This document shows, piece by piece, positions 1 to 7,360 of a stretch of 32,000 nucleotides of DNA. A program made the translations under genes and the position numbers. How positions within the stretch are numbered: position 1 is the first letter of the stretch; every line of letters begins with the position of its first letter. Source of the stretch: Erysipelotrichaceae bacterium (GTDB lineage: Bacteria; Bacillota_I; Bacilli_A; Erysipelotrichales; Erysipelotrichaceae); assembly GCA_963676105.1 (NCBI GenBank), contig OY781039.1:240001-272000 (forward strand). Direction: 5' to 3'. Below the pieces are notes generated by a model that saw nothing but the letters and a program-made list of their open reading frames with translations, did not search any database and was not told the origin of the DNA.

Positions 1-2
1 CA

Positions 3-197
3 CGAGGAACAAATGATAGTTTATTAGTAGATATGCATGTGGTCATTGATCCACAAACAACGGTATTGGTCGCCCATGATTTATCGCATAAAATAGAAGC
101 TTTTATAGATTCACAATATCCTGATAAAAAAGTATCAGTAATATGTCATATTGAACCTTTTGATGAAGTATTTGATCAAAATAGAAAGAAGAAATGA
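3..197 (+). CDS. Cation diffusion facilitator (CDF) family transporter, C-terminal fragment (5' end outside window)
   Basis: Frame 3 is open from the window edge and reads ...VDMHVVIDPQTTVLVAHDLSHKIEAFIDSQYPDKKVSVICHIEPFDEV..., ending in TGA at 195-197. The H-x-D...AH...HIEP pattern is typical of the CDF cytoplasmic C-terminal domain. This ORF is absent from the supplied track because it has no start in the window. Confidence 0.55.
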   Translation, partial: RGTNDSLLVDMHVVIDPQTTVLVAHDLSHKIEAFIDSQYPDKKVSVICHIEPFDEVFDQNRKKK

Positions 198-838
198 TGA
201 TTTTAGAAATGATATCTGATTATAGTTGTCCGTTTTGTTATTTGGCAGAAGTACGACTCAATAAAGTCTTAAGAGAACTCAATGCAAAGATTGATGTGAA
301 ACATACAACCTACCAGTTAGATGAACATGCGCCAAATATCAATCGTTTAAACGCCTATGAAGTCTTTGCGCAAAAATATGAGGTCGATATTGAATTGGCT
401 AAACAACAAATGTCTCCTTTAGAAGCTAAGGCAAAAACTATGGGTCTAATCATTGATTACTCAAAAGTACAGTCAACTAACACCTTCTTAGCTCACCGCT
501 TTGCGAAAGCCTATGAAAAGAAAATCGGAAAAAAGGATATTCATCTTAAACTTTATCAAGCCTACTTTGAAAAAGGCTATAACTTAAGCGATAAGAATGA
601 CTTACTAAAAGTCGGAATGGATTGTGACTTAAGCGAAGAGGAAGCTTTAGAGCTTATTAACGACTCTTCAACCCTTGTGGAATGTTTAAATGATTTAAAA
701 ATGATTTCTCAAAAACAAATTCAAGGTATTCCTCAATTATTTCATAAAGGTGAGCGCTTAATTAAGGGTTTAGTGGAAGAAAATATCTATAAAGAAAAGA
801 TTACTTCTGCTTATTTAAAACTTATGGAAAATCAATAA
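194..838 (+). CDS. DsbA-family thiol:disulfide oxidoreductase (FrnE-like), with no signal peptide
   Basis: The N-terminal CPFC thioredoxin-fold active site (SDYSCPFCYLAE) and the ~210 aa length fit this family. The start overlaps the upstream stop codon (ATGATGA). Confidence 0.7.
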   Translation: MMILEMISDYSCPFCYLAEVRLNKVLRELNAKIDVKHTTYQLDEHAPNINRLNAYEVFAQKYEVDIELAKQQMSPLEAKAKTMGLIIDYSKVQSTNTFLAHRFAKAYEKKIGKKDIHLKLYQAYFEKGYNLSDKNDLLKVGMDCDLSEEEALELINDSSTLVECLNDLKMISQKQIQGIPQLFHKGERLIKGLVEENIYKEKITSAYLKLMENQ

Positions 839-860
839 GCGAACTTAATTCGCTTTTTGT
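837..860 (+). terminator. Rho-independent terminator after the DsbA-like gene
   Basis: AAGCGAA (837-843) pairs with TTCGCTT (849-855) across a 5-nt loop and runs into a T tract. Confidence 0.55.
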
Positions 861-890
861 TTGGACTTTCATGTTTTACAATAGACTTAG

Positions 891-1502
891 ATGAATACGA
901 TTAAAACAATCTTATTTGATATGGGAAATGTATTAGTGGATTTTACCCCAAATCGTTTTTGTGCTGAAGTGAGTGATGATTTGAAAGAAATCGAACATCT
1001 TTCAAATGGAATCTTTTATACCAAAGCTTGGTTAGATTTAGATGAAGGACTCATTAGTGAAGATGAAGCATTGTTTGAAATTTTAAAGAACTTTGACTTG
1101 GATGAACATGAAAAAGTTAAAAAGATTTTTAATTCATGGGATGAATGGATGCATGAAAAACAAGGCATGAATGAAATTATTAAAAACCTAAAAGAAAAAG
1201 GTTATCAATTGATTCTTGCCTCAAATGCAGCGCTTAGGTACCATCGATATATACATCGAATTAAGATATTTTCTTATTTTGATGAGATTGTTTATTCTTG
1301 TGATATTAAATGTTTAAAACCAGATTTAAAGTTTTTTAAACATATTTTAGAAACCTATCATTTGAATCCAAAAGAAACATTTTATATTGATGATAGTTAT
1401 GCCAATATCAAATCAGCTCAAGAGTTAAGTATATTAACCTATCATTTTATTGGTGATGTTGAATCATTTAAAGAAACTTTAAACCAAACGAAAATTTTAT
1501 AG
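891..1502 (+). CDS. HAD-IA family hydrolase (YihX-like phosphatase)
   Basis: Motif I is FDMGNVLVDF, the YihX-type DxGN variant. A later YIDDS motif and the ~200 aa length also fit. Confidence 0.75.
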   Translation: MNTIKTILFDMGNVLVDFTPNRFCAEVSDDLKEIEHLSNGIFYTKAWLDLDEGLISEDEALFEILKNFDLDEHEKVKKIFNSWDEWMHEKQGMNEIIKNLKEKGYQLILASNAALRYHRYIHRIKIFSYFDEIVYSCDIKCLKPDLKFFKHILETYHLNPKETFYIDDSYANIKSAQELSILTYHFIGDVESFKETLNQTKIL

Positions 1503-1513
1503 GAGACCAAAAT

Positions 1514-2395
1514 ATGGAAATGTTTGATTTTTTATTACCTAAATTAGATTTGAATAAGAAACCACGATTAGCTGTTGCATGTGCAGCAGATCATGAAGTA
1601 TTAAGTGCTGTCTTTATGGCACTAAACGAAGGATTAATAGAAGCTACTTTAGTGGGTGAAAGGGTGATGATTGAATCCCTTGCCCATAAGTATCACTATG
1701 ATTTAAAACTATGTAGTATTCTAGATGAGGCTGATAATATATTGGCTTGTGAGAATGCAGTAAGACTAGTATCAGAGAAGAAAGCTGATTTCTTGATGAA
1801 GGGATTAGTGGATACAAGTATCTTGCTTAAAGCAGTTTTAAATAGAGATTGGGGTTTAAGAACTGGTAATGTTTTATCTCATGTGGCTGTTTTTTCTTTA
1901 AATGATGAAGAGCGTGTTTATGCGATAACAGATGGAGCGATGAATATTGCGCCTAATCTAGATCAAAAACGACAAATTATAGAAAACTCAATCCAAGTAA
2001 TGCATAAGCTTGGAGTTGAAGTTCCAAATGTTGCATGTCTTGCGGCAGTTGAAAAAGTAAACCCAAAAATGGAAGCAACACTACATGCTCAAGAACTCAG
2101 TGAAATGACATGGGATAAAGCACATGTGGACGGTCCATTTGCGCTAGATAATGCAGTCAGTGTCGAAGCCGCAAAACACAAAGGAATACAAAATGATCAA
2201 GCAGGTAAAGCTGATGTATTATTTGTCCCTGATATTGAAGCTGGCAATATTCTATATAAAGCCGTTAGCTTTTTAGCTAAAGGTTCTGTAGCGGCAGTGA
2301 TTGCCGGCGCAACAGCACCGATTGTACTAACTTCACGTGCTGATAGTGATCAAGCTAAATTTAATTCAATTTGTTTAGCCCTAGCCATTCTATAA
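1514..2395 (+). CDS. ptb: Phosphate butyryltransferase / branched-chain phosphotransacylase
   Basis: The protein is 293 aa with Pta/Ptb-family motifs (FLMKGLVDT, DGAMNIAPN, PDIEAGNILYK, TSRADS). An AGGAGA ribosome-binding site lies upstream and buk is adjacent. Confidence 0.85.
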   Translation: MEMFDFLLPKLDLNKKPRLAVACAADHEVLSAVFMALNEGLIEATLVGERVMIESLAHKYHYDLKLCSILDEADNILACENAVRLVSEKKADFLMKGLVDTSILLKAVLNRDWGLRTGNVLSHVAVFSLNDEERVYAITDGAMNIAPNLDQKRQIIENSIQVMHKLGVEVPNVACLAAVEKVNPKMEATLHAQELSEMTWDKAHVDGPFALDNAVSVEAAKHKGIQNDQAGKADVLFVPDIEAGNILYKAVSFLAKGSVAAVIAGATAPIVLTSRADSDQAKFNSICLALAIL

Positions 2396-2399
2396 ACGT

Positions 2400-3461
2400 A
2401 TGAAAACAATACTAATCATCAATTGTGGCTCAACTTCAACAAAATGTGCCATCTATCAAGACACCGTATCATTTAAGTCTGTAAGTTTATCGCATTCACG
2501 AAATGATTTATCTTTTTTCTCGCAATTGATTGATCAGTATGATTACCGTAAAGATATGATTGAAAATTGGATCAAAACTCTAGGGTTTAACTTTGAAGAT
2601 TTTGACCTTTTTGTATCGCGTGGTGCTTTGATGAAACCTATGGAAAGTGGTATTTATCAGATAGAAGAATCAATGTTAGATGATTTAAGAAATGAAACAT
2701 ATGCGACACATGCGAGTAATCTTGGCTTATTAATTGCATATGAATGGTCTTTTAAATATCAAAAGAAAGCGATTTTCTTAAATCCACCATCAACCGATGA
2801 ACTGAGTAATCTTGCCCGCTATACAGGTATTAAAGGCATATATAGACGCACAGCTTTTCATGCCTTAAATCAAAAACAAATTGCTTTAGAATATGCACAA
2901 TCTGTTCATAAAAATATTAAAGATTTAAAACTCATTGTCATACATTTAGGTGGGGGCATTTCAGTGGGAGCTCATTTGTATGGTCGAATTGTAGATGTCA
3001 GTAATGCCTTAGATGGTGAAGGACCAATGTCAGCTGAGCGCTCAGGGGGTTTAAGTGCACGAAATCTAATTCGATTATATAAAGATTTAAATTATGATGA
3101 TCAGAAATTTTTTAAACTAATCGCAGGTGAAGGTGGTTTAGTTTCACATACAGGCACTAGTGATGTGAAAGCTCTACTTGAAAAAGCAAAAACAAATCAA
3201 CAGATTAAGGAAGTTTTAGAAGCGATGATTTATCAGATTGCGAAAGAAATTGGTGCGATGGCTACGGTTTTAGGAAAAGAGATTGATGCGATTCTTATTA
3301 CCGGTGGTTTAGCTCATTCAACAGAACTTGTTGATGCGATAAAAACAAAAGTTGATTGGATTGCGAAAGTAACTGCATATCCAGGCGAAGATGAAATGAA
3401 TGCTCTGGCTTGTGGGGCAAATCGATATCTTAATGGTGAAGAAGATCTAAAAAATACCTGA
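2400..3461 (+). CDS. buk: Butyrate (branched-chain fatty acid) kinase
   Basis: The protein is 353 aa with the N-terminal ILIINCGSTSTK ASKHA phosphate-1 motif and HLGGGISVGAH. It starts 4 nt after the ptb stop. Confidence 0.9.
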   Translation: MKTILIINCGSTSTKCAIYQDTVSFKSVSLSHSRNDLSFFSQLIDQYDYRKDMIENWIKTLGFNFEDFDLFVSRGALMKPMESGIYQIEESMLDDLRNETYATHASNLGLLIAYEWSFKYQKKAIFLNPPSTDELSNLARYTGIKGIYRRTAFHALNQKQIALEYAQSVHKNIKDLKLIVIHLGGGISVGAHLYGRIVDVSNALDGEGPMSAERSGGLSARNLIRLYKDLNYDDQKFFKLIAGEGGLVSHTGTSDVKALLEKAKTNQQIKEVLEAMIYQIAKEIGAMATVLGKEIDAILITGGLAHSTELVDAIKTKVDWIAKVTAYPGEDEMNALACGANRYLNGEEDLKNT

Positions 3462-3472
3462 AAACGCTTACA
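3459..3472. promoter_or_regulatory. Catabolite-responsive element (cre, CcpA operator) candidate
   Basis: TGAAAACGCTTACA matches the TGWAANCGNTNWCA consensus at every specified position. It overlaps the buk stop codon and lies 18 nt upstream of a TATAAT box. Confidence 0.5.
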
Positions 3473-3490
3473 GTTTTACTGACTTAGGCA

Positions 3491-3496
3491 TATAAT
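3491..3496 (+). promoter_or_regulatory. Candidate -10 box of an internal promoter for the leucine dehydrogenase-oxidoreductase genes
   Basis: There is a perfect TATAAT in the 136-nt buk-ldh gap. Only a poor -35 (TTACAG, 17-nt spacing) is present, and it overlaps the cre box. Confidence 0.35.
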
Positions 3497-3506
3497 ATAA
3501 GTAGGC

Positions 3507-3590
3507 AAAAGAATGAATGACTTTATTAGTAAAGACACACAAAGTGAATTAAAACTGTGTTTTTAGGATAAATCATCATTCTTTTTTACT
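3507..3590 (+). promoter_or_regulatory. Structured leader or attenuator-like element upstream of the leucine dehydrogenase gene
   Basis: An outer stem pairs AAGAATGAATGA (3509-3520) with TCATCATTCTT (3573-3583) with one bulge, followed by T6. It encloses two small hairpins: CTTTA/TAAAG at 3521-3534 and ACACA/TGTGT at 3535-3560. Confidence 0.3.
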
Positions 3591-3603
3591 TGGGAGAGTG
3601 TGT

Positions 3604-4692
3604 ATGAATAAATTTGAGTATATGGAAAAACATGGTTATGAACAATTAATGTATTTTCATGATCGGCATTCAGGTTTGAAGGGGATTATCTGTATCCATA
3701 ACACAGCTTTAGGTCCTGCCTTAGGTGGAACTCGTGTTTGGGAATATGAAGATGAAGAAGCTGCAGTCTTAGATGTTATGCGCTTAGCACGTGGGATGAC
3801 TAAAAAAGCAGCCTGTGCAGGCTTGAATTTAGGGGGCGGTAAAGCAGTAATTATTGGTAATTCAAAAGCTTTACGCAAAGATACCGTACGTAGAGAGGCT
3901 TTCTGGCGTGCTTTTGGGAAATATTTAGATTCATTAAATGGTCGTTTTATTACCGCAGAAGATGTTGGAACATGTCCTGATGATATGCATTTTGTACAAA
4001 TGGAAAGTGAGCATGTGGTCGGTTTACCAGATACCTCAGGAGATCCTTCACCATTTACGGCATATGGTGTTTTAAAAGGGATGAAAGCTTGTTTAAAAGA
4101 AAGTCAAAACTCAAGTAGTCTTAAAGGGATTACGGTGGCGATTGAAGGGGTTGGACATGTGGGGAGTTCATTATGCGAACTGCTTCATAAAGAAGGTGCA
4201 AACTTAATTATTAGCGATATTGATGACGAAAGCGTTAAAGAAGTTGCGAAAAAATATAATGCGAAAATCGTAGGTGTAGATAAAATACGGTCTGTTGACT
4301 GTGATATTTATGCGCCATGTGCACTTGGGGCAAGTATTAATGATGAATCTCTAAAATCGCTTAAATGTAAAATTATTGCGGGTTCTGCCAATAATCAATT
4401 AGAAGATTCTAAAAAACATGGAACCAAACTTCATGAAATGGGTTTTATCTATGCACCTGACTACGTTATTAACGCTGGTGGTTTAATCAATGTCTATCAA
4501 GAACGTATTGGCTACAATAAGCACTTCGCAATGGTTCAAATTGACCGTATCTATGATCGAATACGTGAAATTATCCGTGAATCGATTGAAACCAATACGC
4601 CAACCTTTCTAGTAGCTGATAACATGGCACAAAGACGCATTGAAATGATGCGAGATATTAATTCAATTTATATTGGCGATGACAAAAAATAG
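3604..4692 (+). CDS. Leucine (branched-chain amino acid) dehydrogenase, Glu/Leu/Phe/Val dehydrogenase family
   Basis: Supporting motifs are GPALGGTRVWEY, the catalytic-Lys region KKAACAGLNLGGGKAVI, and the Rossmann motif GVGHVGS. I prefer the ATG at 3604 (GGGAG 7 nt upstream) over the track's GTG at 3598. Confidence 0.85.
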   Translation: MNKFEYMEKHGYEQLMYFHDRHSGLKGIICIHNTALGPALGGTRVWEYEDEEAAVLDVMRLARGMTKKAACAGLNLGGGKAVIIGNSKALRKDTVRREAFWRAFGKYLDSLNGRFITAEDVGTCPDDMHFVQMESEHVVGLPDTSGDPSPFTAYGVLKGMKACLKESQNSSSLKGITVAIEGVGHVGSSLCELLHKEGANLIISDIDDESVKEVAKKYNAKIVGVDKIRSVDCDIYAPCALGASINDESLKSLKCKIIAGSANNQLEDSKKHGTKLHEMGFIYAPDYVINAGGLINVYQERIGYNKHFAMVQIDRIYDRIREIIRESIETNTPTFLVADNMAQRRIEMMRDINSIYIGDDKK

Positions 4693-5341
4693 AATCATCG
4701 TAAGTGGTGCATATGGTGTAGGAAAAAGTGAGTTTTGTGTTCAATATGCGCTACAAAATTCACCTTGTACGATTGCAGATTTTGATATATTAAACCCTTA
4801 TTTTAGACCAAGAGAGATTAAATCATTTCTTGAATCTAAATATGTTAAAGTCATCGCATCTCATATAAATGAAGGTTTAAATCAAGATGTACCCGCCATG
4901 AGTTTCGCATTAAACGCTGCTGTATTAAATAATGAAAACATCTTAATAGACTGCGCTGGTAGTGTGAATGGTTTAAGAGTTCTACATTCACTTGATGAAA
5001 ACTTTGATAAAGCTGAATTCTGGTTAGTTTTAAATCTAAATCGCATGGAATCCAATCTTAAAGAGTTTGATTCTTTGATTGAAGATTATGAGAGAGATTC
5101 TAAACGAAAAATAACAGGATTTATAAATAATACTCATCTCTTAGATGAAACGAGTTCTGAAATGATCATTGAATCGCAAAGAAAAATTGAAGCGTTTATA
5201 AAAACGAAAAATATACCTGTGGTCTATACAATGATTCATGAATCATTTGTAGAAGAATGCATAGATAAGATAAATAATCCAATACTTGTGATAAGTCATA
5301 TGTATTTACGAGAAGAATGGATGAAAGGAGTCACACTGTGA
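4679..5341 (+). CDS. Uncharacterised P-loop NTPase (SIMIBI/G3E-like) embedded in the oxidoreductase operon
   Basis: The Walker A motif is SGAYGVGKSE, with DCAG as a Walker B/G3-like motif and NNTH in an NKxD-like position. The start overlaps the ldh 3' end (ATG at 4679, or TTG at 4673). The stop overlaps the ferredoxin-subunit start (GTGA). Confidence 0.6.
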   Translation: MTKNRIIVSGAYGVGKSEFCVQYALQNSPCTIADFDILNPYFRPREIKSFLESKYVKVIASHINEGLNQDVPAMSFALNAAVLNNENILIDCAGSVNGLRVLHSLDENFDKAEFWLVLNLNRMESNLKEFDSLIEDYERDSKRKITGFINNTHLLDETSSEMIIESQRKIEAFIKTKNIPVVYTMIHESFVEECIDKINNPILVISHMYLREEWMKGVTL

Positions 5342-5559
5342 AAGGAAAATTGACCTTTGATGAAAATCGCTGTAAAGGCTGTAGTTTATGTGTTGAAGCA
5401 TGTCCAGTCCATATCTTAGCTTTAGATATGACACGTGTGAATGCGATTGGTTATACTCCAGCCATCATCCTAGAACCAGACAACTGCATTGCTTGTCAAA
5501 ACTGTGTTGTCATGTGTCCTGATAGTGTCATCACACTCGAAAGGTTGGATCAATCATGA
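5338..5559 (+). CDS. 2-oxoacid:ferredoxin oxidoreductase delta subunit (2x[4Fe-4S] ferredoxin)
   Basis: Two cluster motifs are present: CKGCSLCVEACP and CIACQNCVVMCP. I prefer the GTG at 5338 (AAAGGAG 7 nt upstream, GTGA overlap with the previous stop) over the track's ATG at 5317. Confidence 0.8.
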   Translation: MKGKLTFDENRCKGCSLCVEACPVHILALDMTRVNAIGYTPAIILEPDNCIACQNCVVMCPDSVITLERLDQS

Positions 5560-6617
5560 GTAAAGTACTAATGAAAGGCAATGAAGCGATTGCGAAAGCT
5601 GCGATAGCATCTGGCTGTGATTGTTTCTTTGGTTATCCAATTACCCCACAAAATGAGCTAATTGAATACATTGCGAAATACATGTGGGATAGCGGTGGTC
5701 AATTTGTACAGGCGGAAAGTGAAATTGCAGCCATCAATATGGTTTATGGGGCAGCCGCAACAGGTGCCCGTGTGATGACTTCATCATCATCTCCTGGAAT
5801 TGCCTTAAAACAAGAAGGAATATCTTATTGTGCAGGTGCACAGTTACCAGCTGTTATTATCTCAATTTCACGTGGTGGTCCAGGATTAGGTGGAATCTTA
5901 CCAGCACAAGCGGATTATAATCAAGCCACACGTGGTGGTGGGAATGGTGATTATAAAGTTATTGTGCTTGCACCAAATGGTGTTCAAGAATCAACTGATA
6001 TGGTAATGGATGCCTTTGTTTTAGCTGAGAAATATCGAAACCCAGTGATGGTCATGGCTGATGCGATGATAGGTCAAATGATGGAAGCTGTTGAAATAAA
6101 ACATGAACGTTTAGGCAAAATTCAGGGTGATTGGTTTGCGGATGGTCATCTTGAAAATAGAAATCGAAATGTGGTGAGTTCAGTGCTTCTAGATCCTCAT
6201 AAATTAGAGGATCATAATATAAAACTTCAACGTAAGTATCGTGAAATTGAAACCAATGAAGTCCGTTATGAAATCAGTGGTGACAAAGACTCTAATATTT
6301 TAATTGTGGCATATGGTAGTTCAGCACGTATCGCCAAAGCGGCGATATCTAGCTTAAGTGAAGAGGGTTTAAAAGTATCACTTCTAAGACCTCAAACACT
6401 CTACCCATTTCCTTATGAAGCTATCAAAGAAGCTTCAAAAAACAAGAAATTTGTTTTAGTTTGTGAATTATCGATGGGACAAATGGTCTACGATGTAAAA
6501 CATGCGATTATGGATCAAACGCCTGTTTACTTTTATGGACGAAGTGGGGGAGTAATCTTTGAACCAGATGAGATTGTTAATGAAGTTAAAAAGCATTTGA
6601 AAGGAGAAAAAGAATGA
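5556..6617 (+). CDS. 2-oxoacid:ferredoxin oxidoreductase alpha subunit (VorB/KorA-like)
   Basis: The protein is 353 aa with MKGNEAIAKAAI...GYPITPQNE..QAESEIAAINMVYGAA, typical of the pyruvate-flavodoxin/ferredoxin oxidoreductase core domain. ATGA overlaps occur at both ends. Confidence 0.85.
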   Translation: MSKVLMKGNEAIAKAAIASGCDCFFGYPITPQNELIEYIAKYMWDSGGQFVQAESEIAAINMVYGAAATGARVMTSSSSPGIALKQEGISYCAGAQLPAVIISISRGGPGLGGILPAQADYNQATRGGGNGDYKVIVLAPNGVQESTDMVMDAFVLAEKYRNPVMVMADAMIGQMMEAVEIKHERLGKIQGDWFADGHLENRNRNVVSSVLLDPHKLEDHNIKLQRKYREIETNEVRYEISGDKDSNILIVAYGSSARIAKAAISSLSEEGLKVSLLRPQTLYPFPYEAIKEASKNKKFVLVCELSMGQMVYDVKHAIMDQTPVYFYGRSGGVIFEPDEIVNEVKKHLKGEKE

Positions 6618-7360
6618 GTATCCTTTATCAAAAATCAAAAGGCCTAACAGATAGTCCATTATCTTATTGTCCAGGCTGTACCCATGGGATTATCCATCGT
6701 TTATGTGCCGAAGTTTTAGAAGAACTTAATATTATTGATAAGAGTATTGTGATTGCCTCTGTCGGTTGTTCAGTGTTTAGTTATGAATACTTTGCATGTG
6801 ATGCGATACAAGCAGCGCATGGGCGAGCACCCGCGGTTGCAACTGGCGCAAAAAGAGCACATCCTGAATCAATTGTTTTTACTTATCAAGGGGATGGTGA
6901 TTTAGCTTCTATTGGAACAGCTGAAATTGTTCATGCGGCTCATCGGGGTGAAAATATAACAGTTATCTTTGTGAATAATGCGATTTATGGAATGACAGGT
7001 GGTCAAATGGCACCGACGAGTTTACCAAAGCAAGTTACTACGACAACACCTTTAGGACGGGATGTAAATAGACAGGGTGATCCGATTAGAATGTCGGAAA
7101 TGATTGCGACCATTCCATCTTCTTATTATGTTGAAAGAGTGATGGTAGCTGATCCTGTGAGTGTAAGGAAAGCAAAAATCGCGATTAAAAAAGCCTTTCA
7201 GAATCAAATTGATCAAAATGGCTTTAGTATGATTGAAGTATTATCGTCATGCAATATCAACTGGGGTATGAGTCCAAATGACGCATTAAAACATATTAAA
7301 GGACCTATGCAAGATTATTATCCACTTGGGGTATATAAAGATAAAGGAGCACAAGGATGA
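6614..7360 (+). CDS. 2-oxoacid:ferredoxin oxidoreductase beta subunit (TPP-binding)
   Basis: Supporting motifs are the CPGC cluster ligands and the TPP motif GDGD...NNAIYGMTGGQ. Confidence 0.9.
   Translation: MSILYQKSKGLTDSPLSYCPGCTHGIIHRLCAEVLEELNIIDKSIVIASVGCSVFSYEYFACDAIQAAHGRAPAVATGAKRAHPESIVFTYQGDGDLASIGTAEIVHAAHRGENITVIFVNNAIYGMTGGQMAPTSLPKQVTTTTPLGRDVNRQGDPIRMSEMIATIPSSYYVERVMVADPVSVRKAKIAIKKAFQNQIDQNGFSMIEVLSSCNINWGMSPNDALKHIKGPMQDYYPLGVYKDKGAQG

Noticed and set aside
861-882. TTGGAC ... TACAAT as a canonical -35/-10 promoter pair upstream of the HAD gene
   Set aside because: The spacer is only 10 nt, so the two hexamers cannot form one sigma-A promoter. Only the -10-like element is retained, in the leaderless-mRNA observation.
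3657-3878. 73-aa minus-strand ORF inside the leucine dehydrogenase gene
   Set aside because: It is entirely antisense to a strongly supported CDS. It has a low-complexity A/P/K-rich translation and no ribosome-binding site, so it looks like a typical shadow ORF.
5317-5337. Track-predicted upstream ATG start for the ferredoxin subunit
   Set aside because: The AAAGGAG Shine-Dalgarno sequence lies inside this extension, 7 nt before the GTG at 5338. That GTG also forms a GTGA stop-start overlap, so the extension is probably not translated.
6468-6659. 63-aa minus-strand ORF spanning the alpha/beta subunit junction
   Set aside because: It is antisense to two translationally coupled, well-supported genes and has no recognisable motifs.
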